From Pelomyxa schiedti (taxonomy: Eukaryota; Protista; Evosea): a stretch of 64,000 nt of DNA. The position numbers and the translations under genes were made by a program. Under the pieces are notes generated by a model. The model did not search any database. It saw only the letters and a program-made list of their open reading frames with translations, and had not been told where the DNA came from. The stretch lies in the NCBI GenBank assembly GCA_020536535.1, contig JAHLWZ010000870.1, positions 1 to 64,000 of the forward strand, read 5' to 3'. Below, one piece after another: positions 48,438 to 62,741 of the stretch (positions are counted from its first letter, which is position 1; the number at the start of each line of letters is the position of its first letter).

Positions 48438-51400
48438 TCAATCAGAAGACTTAGCAAAGGGAGCACCCAGTAAATGACGGACGGATGAGATCCTCTTGGG
48501 CGTAGAGGGCGAGGCCACGGTCATGGAATTAGAACTGGAACTGGGGTTGGAATCTAGTGGTGCAAGGCCGCCGGGTGGGAAGGACGACGGCATCACTGTT
48601 GTTGTATTTGGTGATGCTGCCGGCGGTGCTGTGTCGTTATGGGAGGTGGCTGTGGTGCTCAGTTGTGGCGCACTGTTGGTTGCATTGGTGTTTATTGACC
48701 CTGAGAATGGACTAATCACGCCCGAGCCCAAATTGCTAGGCGATGTAGACGTAGTTGATGACGACTGGGGCTGGTTCTCGATTATGGGGGCCGACGCTGC
48801 TGAAGTGGAATTCAATTGGCTCTTGGTTATGCTGCTGGACAAAGCGTGGGCATATTTCCGGGCAAGCTGTGTAATATTGTCAATTGTCGTGAACGAGATA
48901 ATTATGGGAGAGAGATATATTGCCTTGGGCCACTTGGTCTCGCACTCTTGGAAGGCATCTGCCAACGACAGTGAGCAGTCCCACTTGTAGATCCTTCGTG
49001 GATGTTAATTCGCGGGAAATCAAGGGGAAAAAACCCGAGAGAGGACTCGGGGCTTACCAGAAAGCTTTTACGAGAAGATCGGTGTGCTCGTTTGGAGGGG
49101 GCTCGTTAGCTTGAACGGTTTTCTTGTAGCAAAGTTGGAGAAGCATTTCGCGGTTGCTTTCAGTAAGTTTCGCAGGGGAGTGGTGTGTGTCTTGTATTTG
49201 CGAAGAGATGCGCTCGGCTTCGCCGGAAATTCCCTTTTGTGAAAGGATCATTTTAGCTCGAGTGAGTCATTCACCAAGTGCCAAAACATACTTTCGATAA
49301 GGTATTCTCCAGTGCGTCGAAAAAAGGGTCCTTCAACTTGGCTACGGTGTTAATCATGGTGCCCAGCTTCATGAACTCCCTCTGTCGGCACAGTAATCGA
49401 GTAAATTGCAGACCATACTTTCTTAAGTAGTATTTGTTGCCACCACAGCGAAATACCGGGAGGTAGTATGCAGCTGCGGGAGATTCCCATTTGTTTACTG
49501 TTATTGGAGCAATGAATGGTTGAAGGACTGGTTCGTTCTCCACTGGGCAAGCGAAAGCAAAGTTGGAGATTGGTGGAGCTTCTGTGTCTACTGTCAGAAT
49601 TTGACTGAAGTATTGATAGCTTTCTTTAGGATTGTTCCGTATCAGTGCAATATAGGCAAACTATGATAATTCAGTCTACAAGCGAACTGCGTGACAAACC
49701 TTGAAAAATGCTTTATAAAACGGGATCAAAGATTTCATGGCATTAGCAATATCCTCAAGTATTGACTCCCTCCACTTGGATTTGTCTTCATGCTCCCGAA
49801 GCTCTGTTTTTTTCATAAGTAAACAACAGTGATGAAATCAAACCTTTGAAACGGAATTCTTCAAGGAAGTCCAGCTTCTTTTTGTTCATTTTGTTTGTGA
49901 AGAAGGGGAAGGGGTTTACTCACGTGCCCAGATTGGGAATTGAGTAGGACTTTTAGGCGCAAGGAGTGCAAACGGTACAATATGTGTTTGGTCTTTTCAG
50001 GAGATTCCCTTTCACTTCGCCAGTAGTTGTAGTACCATTGTAATGCTTCCTTCAAGACATTTATTTTCACTTCTTGAAAGATTTTTCAACCTTCGGGTCT
50101 TGGGATTCTCGCTCTAATAGTCGCCCATACAGAAGAACATAACTTGGATGATGAAGGAAAGAACAAAGGGAATAAACGAAAAACAATCAATGAGAGGTAG
50201 GGAAATTTCGATGATACAACCAAGGGGAGTTCTGAGAATCAATAACAGTCTTCAATAAGGAAGAGGAAGTTTGCCAACACTGTTTCCGTTTAGCGGGATC
50301 ACTTAGATGTCTGTGAACCACTGTCAGTGCGAATTTTTCAGATATCTCCATACCTGCCATAAAGGTAGTGTACAACAGCAGCTTCAGCATAGGCTAATTC
50401 TTTGTGGAATCCAGCCTCGGTTGCTCGCAAAAAGCACTTACTACACACCTAGTAGATATAAACAGCAATTGACACGTGGATGACAAACCTCAACGCAGTT
50501 GCTGAGAAAGTCAATGAATGATATTTCACATTTCATTGAGTAGCTATGTTGCTTTGCAACAGTAATTAGAAGTTTTTGGTGGAAAAACCCCAAAAGGAAC
50601 CAGCCTTCCCCATCAGTTGGGTGAAAATACAAGTGCATCTAATTTTTATTAATCATTTAACTGGAATAAAGGTCCTACTTTGAGCAGTTGAATTCTGTCG
50701 ATGTCGTTCACAAGATCAGACTCCATGCTAGCAAGGGTTTTATAAAGGAAATTGCGGACATCTGAGAATAGACTCGATGAGTTTCAATAGGCAGAGGACA
50801 GCATACATGCAAAAACTGGGTCGCTGAGGGGCCCAGCTACAGGATCAAATTTCACTGAGGAGACACGGCTCGAGAGTGTTGAGTCGTATTTGAGAAGACT
50901 GGTGGAAGAACTGAGTACTGTTATTTCGGAGCTACCCAAGAAAGCTTCAACAGTGCGTTGAGATTTACGTTCTAATGCACAGGAATTATACAAGTAGAAG
51001 AGGAAGAAATCTTACGAAATCGCGGTATTTCCCTGAAAGCAACAAAGACATCAATGAAGAACTTGTTGACTGTTGGTTTGTCTTGAAATTTTTTTGTCCT
51101 CCACAACTGGTGAATGAAAACAAAACTTGATGCATGTGCAAATCTCTGACACCACCACAGTCCAAACGGGCAGGGGCCTGCTGGTTCAACAGATTCCACA
51201 GAAAAAACAGTAGTAGGACAGCAATGCAATCGCACCAGTAAAGTTTGCATACACTCTTCCCATTCAGCACGTTTTACTCGCAGAAGTTTGGTAAAAAAAA
51301 TATCATTAGAAGCAAGCACCGCAATATTAGTAGAGGCCTGTTTTTCCATGTGAATGTTAATGGTATTGCTTAGATGTTAGCAACTTACCTCAACAATGGG

Positions 51401-54400
51401 GCTGAGAAGGACCTTGATACTAAATATAATGAAGGACTCTTATGTATATGTTAGGTGGAGGTTTTTCCCACAAGATTATGTTTATCACTGCAACCACAAA
51501 GAAACTTGACAAGGCACAAAAAAGATGTCAGGAGCAAACCATTGGCATTTGATTGCCCAAGCAGCTTTGCAACAGCTGATATGAAGCCATACAGTACAAA
51601 TGGTGTGAAACATTTCTTTTGGGTTGGAGAGGAGGTCTGCTTTTGCATTATTTGACATGCCACAATCCAAGTAATCTAGAACTGTTACATTTTGTAGTTT
51701 TATAAACATCTTTCAGATACAGGAAATGTTAATGAAAAATCTGTATGTTGCAGCAGTGCTCCAAGCCCTCGCTTGAGAGAGAGAAGAGTGTCTGTATCCA
51801 CATCTTTATCCCCCCACCCAATATTTGTTGGGTCTGCTGGATGGCGACAAAAAAAAAAAACCTGAAGTCTGTTCTAATACACATGATAGACACTCAAAAA
51901 GTGATTGCCGCTGGAAAAGAGTTAATGATGTTCAAGAAAGATAATAAAGTTACATAGTGTGAAGGTGTGGATTGGCCAACTCCATGAAGAAGTTTTAGTA
52001 TCACTTGCAAACTACTTGTGAAATTGCCATCCTGGGAATAAGCCTGCAATAAATCAGAAGCAAGTAATTAAAACTAGTGCTGACTTGAGCTAAAGCCAGT
52101 TGAAATCGCGTTTTCTGGCAGAAATTGAATGGCATCAACAAATTTACAGACGCTCACCTGGGGCTCATCAACAATGGGTATAATCTTTTCCAGTTCCTGT
52201 ATTACCACAGGCATGTTCCCATTTAACTGAGCAGCAAGTATAGTCATGCATTGACTGAGATGTGCATATTGTGCTTCAAGAACCTCTCGGTCTATACATG
52301 GACAAGAAGAACTTCAAAGTTCAAGGGGTCAGAAAATGTTCCATGCTGGAGATATACCAATGGGGAAGAACAATCCTTGGAGGGTCAAGAGTTGCTAACT
52401 GTTTTTTGCACTCATAGAGAAGGAACTCGGCTTCATGTAATTCTCCATTGCACTCACAGATCCTGTGCCTCATCCAAAGAAATCTGTGATATTATAAGGG
52501 AAACCTCAAGAAACATAACAAACCGAAAAGAATAAACCCTGTTCGAGGTAAAAAGCTCTTCACAGACAGGAGATGATTGTAAACAGAAAACAATCGTCGA
52601 GCAGCGCACAAGGTGAACTTTTTCCGCGCCTTGCCCGTCTCTCAGAGCTTGTTCCAGAGATAATTCAGCCATACCAAGAAACAGCTGGAAAAATTGAGAA
52701 TCACAATGAAAGAAAACTACTTCCACACTTTTAAGTGATCACCAGGGTCTAAATGTGGAGAAATTAGATCAAATAACGAGACTGCGTCCAAACGGAGCTT
52801 TTCTGGCCAAGCCACGTGGTCAGGAAGCGGTGCTGAAACTGAAGGAGACAGTGGAATTGCATCCACATTAAACAGCTTACTCAAGAGGTTTGGGAGATCC
52901 ATGTTTGTCACGGGAGGTAAAAAGCATGGTCCCTGGACAAAAAGTGATCAGATAGATTCACTGGACTGCATTACCTCTTTACTTGAATCTGGGTCAGCAG
53001 GGGCAGCTTCACGCCTTAATAGAAAGTGATTCTTGGTCCAGAAACCAGGAACACACCTTGTGTCTTGAAAGAAGCCATATTCTAAGAGTAGTTTAAAAGT
53101 GGACTCAAAATTTTTCTGCTGCTCTGGGGTGCGTGCTGACTGTCTTTGTTTGCGTGTAGCTTTGCGAGAGAAATAGGCTCCTCTCCTTAGAATTTATGAG
53201 AGATACTAGATAAGAAAGGAGTTACCAGGATTTCCCACATGTAGACTCTTGAGTCACAATGTGGATTGATTGTGTAATGCTACGGTAATTAAAAAAAAAA
53301 TCTACATGAAATGTAAGTTACCGAGTGGTATCAAAGTTTTCAAAGGCTTTCAGAAGTGCTGGTAAAAGTAAACTCCATAGTGGTTTTTCAATAACAATTT
53401 CAATAGTGTTGCTTGTGCCCTTTTGGCCTTTTAAAGTGTAAACTACAGCGAATGGAAGGGAGAACGAACTTGGAACCAGTGGGAAATCAGCATCCTCTTT
53501 TTGGGAGTTCATCCATGACATCTGCTCTTTTTTTAGTTTTGAGAGGTAAACTCTCAAATGGGATGGGTTTTTTTGTTGGAGGGATCTGTTGTAGCAGTGA
53601 GAGGCACATCAATAAGTGAATGCATGTACTTAGGAGATGTTTCTATGTTAATTTCATTTCTAAGAACTGTCGCTTCAGACCAGTTTGGGTCAATGATAAG
53701 TGCTCTTTCGAGTGCTTTCATACAACAAGGATAATCTCCGATAACATACAGCAACTGCAAACCTGAGTCACAGAGTGCAAATATGCAGTACATACTTCAG
53801 TCATCATTTTAAGTGTTGGCCAATATGTGGGATTCAACATCAATGCCGTTTCCAAACTCCACCTGCCTAGAGTCATGTTCCCATCTTCACGAGCAACTTG
53901 TGCTAAGTTCAGCAAGACCATCACATCTGTGTTGTCTAGTTGAAGTGCCTGAGGTTTTTGTCAAAGCCCAAATAGGATTAGGAATTGCTAGCTAGTACAT
54001 TTAAAAAACAGTTAATAGAACCCTCATTGTCACCCTGTCTATGCAAAACTGCACCAAGGTTTTTGTATCCTAGATACTTCAACTTCAACATCTTGGTCTT
54101 TAATCCATGTTCTCCACCAGTAAGAGCTACCTACAGAGGGTTTATTGGTGTGATAATTCATAATATGCGTCTACATTTTTAATGCACTCTTGCTCAAGCA
54201 ATTTGATATACTGAACTGTTGCAGCACTGAAATTTTCTTGTTGGTGTAAATCTAGTGCAGTCCTGTACAGTGACATACATAGAACTTCCTTCAAAGCCCA
54301 AATGTTAGCTCAAAAAAAAACCAAAAAAAAACCAAAAAAAATTTGCCTGTTTTTCTTTGTCATGGGCCATATCCACCCTCCTCCTCTTGGGCGCCTTTGG

Positions 54401-55012
54401 TTGCACCTGTTCCCCCACTGCACCCTGGGCGCGGGAGGGGGAGCCCGCATCCGCGGCTCCTTGCCTCGGCCTGTGCTGCTGCCTGTGTGGCACGTGCCGC
54501 CCCCGCGCTGCCCCCCCCTTGGCTCCCCCGCCCCCGCCGCCAGCAGACAGGCTCAGGGGCGTTGGGGGTCCCCCGCTCCCACCCCCCTCGCCCTCGCCCT
54601 CCCCCTCCCCGCACCTGCCCCCCCCCAGTGCAGGAGACAGCGTGGGGGGCAGCGGGGAGCTAGGGTCAGTGCCCGTGGCCGTGGCTGTGGCTTCGCCGCC
54701 CCCACCTCCGCCTTCCCCGTCGGCCTTCCCGTGCTCCTTGTGCTTGTGGCCGTGGCTGTGACTGCGGCTGCGATCGTGGCGGCCTCCTCCTCCCCCTCCC
54801 CCTCCCCCTCCCCCCCGCTCCCGCTCCTCCCGCTGCTGCACTCCTCGCCTGTGGTGGCCCCCGCCGTGGTGCTGGTGGCGATGGCTGCTGGCCGAGGGCG
54901 AGTCGTTGTGCCCGCTGCTGCCTGCGTCGCTAGGAGTGCTCGTCGTAGCAGTCGTCGTGTGGTCTCGTGCTGCCGACTGGTCTTGGCTCCTCTGCAATAG
55001 TCGCCGTCTCAT
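48438..55012 (-). CDS. CABIN1: CABIN1/Hir3-like TPR subunit of the HIRA histone chaperone complex
   Basis: KYLGYKNLG; LDNTDVMVLLNLAQVA...LETALMLNPTYWPTL...LYVIGDYPCC..ALIIDPNW; YRLHSLRLKVL; many short introns. Confidence 0.75.
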
Positions 55013-55091
55013 TCCCCTCCACTGCCGGTATGTTTCGCAAAAAAAGGGGACTTTGTAGCTAGTTGTAGGTGGTCATAGTTCTCTTAATTCA

Positions 55092-57991
55092 TCAAGTCTT
55101 CAGGGCAAAAGGCACGACTGTCGAGGGAGTGAGCACGATGGGGAGTTGTGCTACAAGTGTGCCGGGAGGTGCCTGGGTCTTGGTCCTCAGTTGGCTGACT
55201 GCACCATCAGACTGTGAGTGTCTCAGTCTGGTGGAAGTCGGTCTGGTGGAGTTAGTTAGAGCAAAAAGCAAGGTGGGTATTGGCATATTAAGAGTTAGGT
55301 AGGAGGAGGAAGCTCACGAATAGCTGGGATATGTGCAAGGAGCATGGTGCACGTGCATCTGTATGGAGTAGGTGACATGCAAGTTGTTGTGTTCCAGGGT
55401 GGAGAGCAGTATTCTATTTGAAGGTGGCTGCCACACAAACGCCGTGTTGAGAACACCTCCGGGGCCAATCGGATCAGCTGGAACTGTGGTTCCGCATATG
55501 CAGCGATTCCAATTTGTTTTGTACCCTGGCGCAATGCCTTTAACGGTGCAGCACAGCTGAACTGACACACGAGAAATACATAAATTGGGAGTTCGGTTGC
55601 ACAACCTGCTGGTTGTTTACAGCTAGGAGGGAGAAGATTATAGTACCTGATACTGATCACAAAGCTCTCTCCAATTTCGAAAACTGACTTCTGAAGGAAT
55701 GCTAGCAGGTAAAGGCAGCCAACTTCGTCTTGACCTCCATCTGTGATTGTGCCTTGTTGACGAAGGGCGGGTGTTGCACCGCTGCATAACAAACATTGGG
55801 AATTGAAGTAGGAAGTCAGACGGGCAACTGGTGCAGGCCTACAGAGTACCGAAGTTGGCAGGAAATTTTGTGAGCTTGGGTTCCACATGGTGACATAACA
55901 TAGCTTGTTTATCTGCAACTATTAGTAACTAGAACTTCCAAGTGAGGAGGGTACACGCTCAAGTGAGGACTGTTGTTTAACTGTTCCATAAACGGAAACC
56001 CAGTAAGTGACCCGCACCGTGCCGCCTGTAGAAGATGATAAAACCGTCGGAATCATATGGGCAGGGATGGGAATTTTGAATGGAAAAGCATTCAAGCCCA
56101 TTTTTGGGGTGGTTTCATTGAGAAGATTGGTTGGTTCGGACACAAGAAGTTCGTCTAAAAAGGCACCACTTATTCCACGTGTCAAGTAGTAGCCATATAT
56201 CGTCCTCACCAAAGCACTACCACATAGCGCAACTACAATTAAGTGAACAAATTTATGGAGGCAAAAGATAAAACCATGAAGAGCATGCAACTTTGTATGG
56301 GGGGTCTCTTCCCAAAACACTGTTCCAGAGCAGGTGGAGCCCGATGTTAAAATTCTGCGCAGAGGATGAGGACTGGAAAGTATGTGCAGTAATGCACTTG
56401 TTTTGGACATCCAAAAGCAGATTTGGGCAATCCGTTTCGTACATCACCGGGTACTTTGGAATGTCCAACTTTGCTTGAGATTTGGAGCCAATAGTTTCGT
56501 GAGGATATCTCTCAACAGGTAAAGGAAGGGACAGGTAGCAGGAAGAAGAAAATAGGATACAACACTACACCAGCTAAGCCTTCAGGATCACCCACAAAAA
56601 CTGTAGGAAGTTTTGCCACACCAACACCTTCCTTGGGTTCTGTGCGAATTTTGAAGCTGGGAAACAACTTCATCACTTTGTTTATAGTGTAAGGCATTAA
56701 TTACCTTAATCGTAAAAAGCACGCATTGCATACTTGGTGCTGTTGTGTGTTAGGTTGAAGCTGAAATCGATTTATACAGCAAGTTCTACAAAAATTGTGT
56801 CGGCATAGTCTGGCATGGGTATCAGCTTTTCACGTGCAATAAAAAAATGAAAGAGAATTACGTAGATGTACCGGCATTTCAAGCGTTGACGAGTTAAAAG
56901 TAAGAAGTAGGCTCCACACCCATAACACATATTGGCATCTTCATTGGAGCATGAGTTGCCAGAAAATAGCATTAAGAAAGTTTACCATCCTTTTCATCAC
57001 CAAGATGCGCGCCTAGAAGCTCAGTTGATAACGAAATCCATTGACTGTCACATCCAAGGTCATCAAAGTCCTCTGTAGCAGTAAAGGAAGTCTCATTTCT
57101 AGACGGGGCACCAGAATCGCTTGCACAAGAGAAACTTCCGAGCATGTTGATATTCCGAGCATTTCGACTATGAGCGAGGCGTTCTTGCGGAAGCCGTATA
57201 CCACTGAAAGTAGCAGACATGAAGGAGTTGTAACTAGGTTGTGTACTACACACATCAGATATGGTTCCAGGCACTTTCCTCGGAATGTGGGAGCTATATC
57301 CAACGGGGTGTTTACGAGGCAGTCTTCTTCCAGTGGCAGTGTTATGGAAGGCATACGAGGGCTTCGATTTCGCCGGCTCGGCATCGCTGTCAATGTCTCC
57401 CCTGTACCCGTCGCTCCCGCTCCGCTTGCGATTTGTAAAGGTAACCGCCGCCGCCGCATCGCCCGTCTCCGAGTCGCCACAGTCACTCACATCAGCATCG
57501 CTCACGCTCTCGCCTCCACTCGCGTCGCTCTCGCTGCTGTCCGTGGAAGAACACAGGGGGTCGCCGCGCTCCGCTCTTCTCGTGTTGTCACGCGTTGGCG
57601 TCGCCGTCGCCGTAGCAGTCGAGTAACTGTCCGCGCCGCCGAGCTCGTGTGCGTTGCTTTCGCTGGTTTCGCTCCCTTCGGTGGTAGGCAAGCACGGAGG
57701 AGACGACGGAGGCGTCGAAGCGGCCACGTTGCCGTAGCTCGTGGGGCGGCTGATTGGGTAGATTTCACAGGCGGCGGGGGGGGTCTGCGCCGTTCGCGCG
57801 GGGACGGTGGCGTCGGAGAAGCGCTGAAATTGGGCCAAAGAGCTCTCCACAATGGCGAGGCGCGCCTGGATCGCCCTCATCTCGCGGTGCAACAGATCTT
57901 CGCGGTTGTGAACCAAAACCGATGACGACACCATTACGCCCATCGCTGTTCGCCCATCTAGTGGATGTCGTTGGTCCGGCTGCATGATCAC
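55092..57991 (-). CDS. FYVE-like zinc finger plus arrestin-like domain protein
   Basis: CYGCGAYF...RLKCR|LCRHNFCRTCC...VCNAC; later CSGTVFW..., NAFPFKIPIPAHMIPT...VRVTYWVSV (arrestin-N-like). Confidence 0.65.
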
Positions 57992-58227
57992 AGACAGCGT
58001 TGTTTTACGGGACGCACCTGCTCTTCTCCGAAATCAAGAGATCTTCCATCGGTGTACCCAGGCAATCCTCTGAGCATGTATACCTGCGAATAGTGCTCAG
58101 GCTGGAATATTTACAATGTATGAATTGGATCCTCCACACAGGCGGCCAGGACATTCACATAAACAATGATTCACCTCGTCTTTGATCTTCAAACTTTTCA
58201 GGCTCATTCATTGCGACATCTACACAA

Positions 58228-61200
58228 ATGCACTCAAGTGCTCCGAGACGTCAAGTCCCCAGACCCAGGTAGGTTTCCATCAAAATCCGCAACACCCCCC
58301 TTTTTTTTTTCGCCCCCTAATGTTCCTTGTGTGTCACTCATTTTATTTATGGGGGGGGATAAGGCTTTATGCAGACACAATTCGGGCGTGTGTGCGCAGG
58401 GCAATAAGCACCATCAATGGCACAAGCGGCGGAATTGGCGACAGTGTTGTCAACAGTAACATTGGCTCCAGCGTCGGGGCGGTGAAGTATGCGCCGACCA
58501 GGTGGTGGCTGTTTGGCGTCGCGTGCCTGGCCGTCGTGGTGGCGGCCCAGTGCCTTGGGCTGGCACACTTTGTCAGGGGGTTCTTTCCTTCTCTGTCAAC
58601 TTTTGCTTTGAACCCGCAGCCGGCGTGTGGTGGTGATGACCCTGCAATGTGCGCTGCAACACAACAGTTTTCCAGTGGCTCTTATGAAATGCAAATGGTT
58701 TGTTTGCTATACTATCACTCCTCTTTTTTTTTTTTTTTTTTTGGCTTTTTTGGGGGGTAGCTATTGCTTACAATGTGCCTTAACACAAAAGAATCAAAAT
58801 GAACCTGCTTTTGATAGAATGGTGTTTATGGTGGTTGACGCTCTGAGGTCTGACTTCCTGTTCAATCCTAAGTCTAAAGTGAACTTGTGTTTTTATTTTT
58901 TTTTCTTCCATTTCTTTTATTTTTACTGACAAGGTCTCTAGATGTCTTTCACACATTCATTGATATCATCAGGCAATGGATACTCGTACGTAGCACACGC
59001 ACAGCCACCCACAGTTACCATGCCACGCCTCAAGGCACTCACTGGAGGAGTTGTTCCCATGTTCATGGATGTTTTACTGAACTTGGACTCCCCAAGTATG
59101 ACATCACCAAACTGGGTAAATGAACTGGCTGCAAGGCACAAGAAAGTTCTCTTTTATGGGTGTGTTGCTGTTAAGAACCTTTTTTTTTTATCTCATGTAT
59201 CACCAGGGATGACACTTGGCTCAGACTTTTCCCGGGTACCTTTACTCGTTCAGAGGGTACCACAAGTTTTTTTGTTACTGTATGTGATGGTGTCTTCACT
59301 GAGACTCCTGTAATTTTTTCCCTGTAGGATTACAAGACTGTTGACGATAATGTGACACGCAATGTGGTTTCAGAGCTGTCACATGATGATTGGGATGTTA
59401 TGATTCTGCATTACCTTGGTGTTGATCACATTGGGTATGAATTCCTTTCTCCATTGAACCTAAATTAAGACACTTCTTTTTCAGGCATTTGCAAGGACCA
59501 AACAGGTTCAAACCTGAGTTTTTTTTTCCCCCTGTTACTAAATTCTCAAAAGCCCTTTAATGGGACCAAAGCTCATGGAAATGGATGATGTTGTGAAAAC
59601 AATTTACGAGGCGATCACCGAGCAAGATAAGCTCCACTGTAATGCTTCAAAATGTCCACACACGTTACTGGTTCTGGTTTCAGATCATGGCATGAATGAG
59701 GTTCGTCTTCCACTTCTTCCGTTACTCTGATTTGGCTCTGAAGATTGGCAATCATGGTGGGACATCACTAGGCGAAGTCTCCGCTGTTGCGGTCTTTCTC
59801 AGTGATCTCTTCAGCTCTTCTCCCCTGCTATCAAGGGGGATCTCACCTTCTACAATTCAACAAGTTGACATATGCCCTACTGTGGCTCTTTTGTTGGGAC
59901 TGGGGATTCCAAAAGAAAATGTGGGCACCATAATTCCTGATCTATTTTGCGGTATACTATGTTTCCATTCCAGATCCTCTCTAACACTGTCCTAATAGAC
60001 CCCAAAGTGTTACTACAGGCACTTGAAGTAAACGCAGCCCAGCTAGCTTCACTCATACAGAAGAACAACTTGTGGGATTCTCCATGGGGGAATTCTCAGC
60101 GTAACCAATTGTCCATTGCAAGGCTGCATCACGCACTTTACAATTCTACCTTGCCTGCTGGGCCCAGTGAGGGGGATGAAGAATTTCATGCAGAGAAAGC
60201 AAAAGAGGCTTATCTAATAGTGTGCAATTGACTTTTATTTCGAAATAACGTGAAATACCAGTTCTCTCGTTCTGTATTTGATGAATTTGTCCGTGCGCTC
60301 GAACGTCCAGATTACTACACAATGGGAGTAGGAGTGGGAATGCTTTTTGCTGCCGCCTCTGCAGCAGTGATAGTATTCGTTTACAGTGTCTTCGGGACCA
60401 AACCTTTCTTTTCGCAATGTAAGCTGACATTTACTCAAATCTCAGATTGTAACTCTGAAAAAGTTCCCTCTATTTGGAGCTGTCTCCAGTTACTTATTAG
60501 TGCCACAGTTGTTTTAATGTACCCTTGCACTGAGGAGCAAGTGACATTTTTTTACCTCTCATAGGTGCATAAATTGGTTGCATTGTTCATCCACAGTTAC
60601 TGGGGAGACTGGTACTGGCACTGACTCTGTTTTATGTAAGGTGTGTCCCTTCCAATCCAAATCACTTCCCCAAATGACTTCTTGAAGGGGACACCTATTG
60701 GCTATGGCCTGGCCCTCATGTCAGCGTTGTGTGTGGCTGCTTGTTTACTTCCAGTTATGGGAGTACAAACGATACGTTATGCGTTGAGCTTCCCGTTTTG
60801 TGATCCTCCCTCACCTCTCGATGCCCCACGCTTCCCAACTGTGGCTATGAGCTCTGCAAGTCATAGCCATGCCCACCAACATGGGCGACGTCCTAGTGAC
60901 GGCTCTCCTGTGCGGCGTCCTAGTGACGCTGACAGTAGTACAACAAATGCCAATGTAGCGCCTCACAAACTAGTCACACCAAAAATCATGGTGGGATTGA
61001 TGTGTATTGGCTTCACCTTACATTTCTGTAGCATGTTTAGTACGCCTCCCCTCTGTCACAATCCTTTATTATTCCTGTTAACCCTTGCACAGGCAGCAGT
61101 CTCATAGAGGAAGAACACAGAATATGGTTTTTCCTTTCAACAACATTTTTGATTATCTTGTTCATAGACGCACTCTTATCAAATGACCCCAATTTATCAG

Positions 61201-62741
61201 CTCTTGTGTGTTTTATGCTTCAAGCCTGATTGCTAAGTAGTTCCCTTTTTTTCATAGGGGTGGATATCCAGTACCCTCTTAATCACAAGAGTAATTCAAG
61301 CTTGGAATAACACTGGGGCCCAGGCAAGATGGAGTGAAGGTATGACACGAGCTCTCTGATAATGTGGCAAATGTCAACAAGGTGATATCGCTGGCATACT
61401 TGTTGGCACGCACTTCTACTCTCGTGCTGCACTGTTAGTATGCAATGGTTTCGCTGTGTCAATAATGACAATGTACACCCACTCTTTCACAAAAAGGCAT
61501 GTATTATGCCTTGGAAAAATGGTTGCTTCTTTTCTATCGATTGAATACCTGTTCACAATATCTTCCAGATGGGCAGTACCTTCGAGCTTGTTGTTATCAT
61601 TGCTAGTTGCCTTGTTTGGGTGTACCACTCTCATATCGGCAGTTCACTAGCAGGTGGCAGCTCACACTTGATCTTAGCAAGGTGCACTTTCTGCTGTGTT
61701 GCTATGTTGGTTGTTATGTCAGTCTTATGGCCATTGCAAAGAAAGGTAACACCAAGTTTTCCTACTGAGCTAACACGTTTTCAGAAAGTACAACATTGGT
61801 CCTCAACACTTAGAGTAACACCAACCCTGATTTCCATATCTCTACTTCCCCTGTTATTGGTGTCGTTTCCTTCTTTCTCGCTACTTCACCTTTTTAACTA
61901 AGATAAGATGCTTAATCGCCCTCACAATATGCTTTTGATAATTCTCATATGTATGCAAGCAATATCTTTCATGCACTTCTCCACAGGTTAGTTGTCCCAA
62001 AACCAAAAAACCGGTTGTGCCTAAGTTATTTTAGCTGATCCGAGTGTAACGTCAGTATTGCCCACTACAGTGCTGTCCAGGCTATGTGTTTTGTATAGCT
62101 TTGGAAAGTGCGCTTTTTTTGCGCTAGGGAATTCCAACAGTATTTCCTTCATTGACCTCAGTGGTGCCTACACAGGTAAGGTCGATTTTTCAACGAGTTG
62201 CGGTTGATAATATTTTTAGGTCTTCAGGGCTATCATCCCGCTTTGGTTGGACTGCTTGCGGCGTTGATTTTATACACAGGGCCACTTATGTATCTACTAG
62301 CATCTATCGTTCTTTTATCAAGGCTCGCGAGTCTGGTCACACGGTTTTTTAATTGCAAATTTTCCGGTGTACAAACTCATCTTTTCTCTAAAAGAGTTTC
62401 TGTCACACTTGCCCAAGGTGTTCTGTGGCACTGCTGTATGTGAACATTAAATTTTCCCTCACTGACTTGCTTTAGACTTAATAACCGCACATCAAGCAAC
62501 AAGCTTATTTTTGATGAGCCTTATTGTTATTGTATTCAGAAATCACCTTTTTGTGTGTTCTCCCATTTCCCTCTATCCCCTAACAACAAACCACCACAAG
62601 ATATGGTCAGTATTCGCACCGAAGTACATCTATGAGGTGTTCCACACTGCTTTCCAAGTTTTTGTATTCGGCGTGCTTTCATTCACTCCTAGAATTCTTG
62701 TGTTTGTTGCCACCCTCACAGCACCGCCTGCATCTCCCTAA
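58228..62741 (+). CDS. PIGG: GPI ethanolamine-phosphate transferase 2
   Basis: FMVVDALRSDF, PPTVTMPRLKALTGG, FYG|DDTWLRLFP, EGTTSFFV, MILHYLGVDHIG|H, SDHGMNE|IGNHGG, RNHLF|IWSVFAPKY. Start uncertain. Confidence 0.9.

Noticed and set aside
9968-62741. Apparent cluster of endomembrane/lipid genes (PQ-loop, myotubularin, FYVE-arrestin, CEPT, PIG-G)
   Set aside because: Interspersed with unrelated genes in mixed orientation; such classes are abundant in amoebae.
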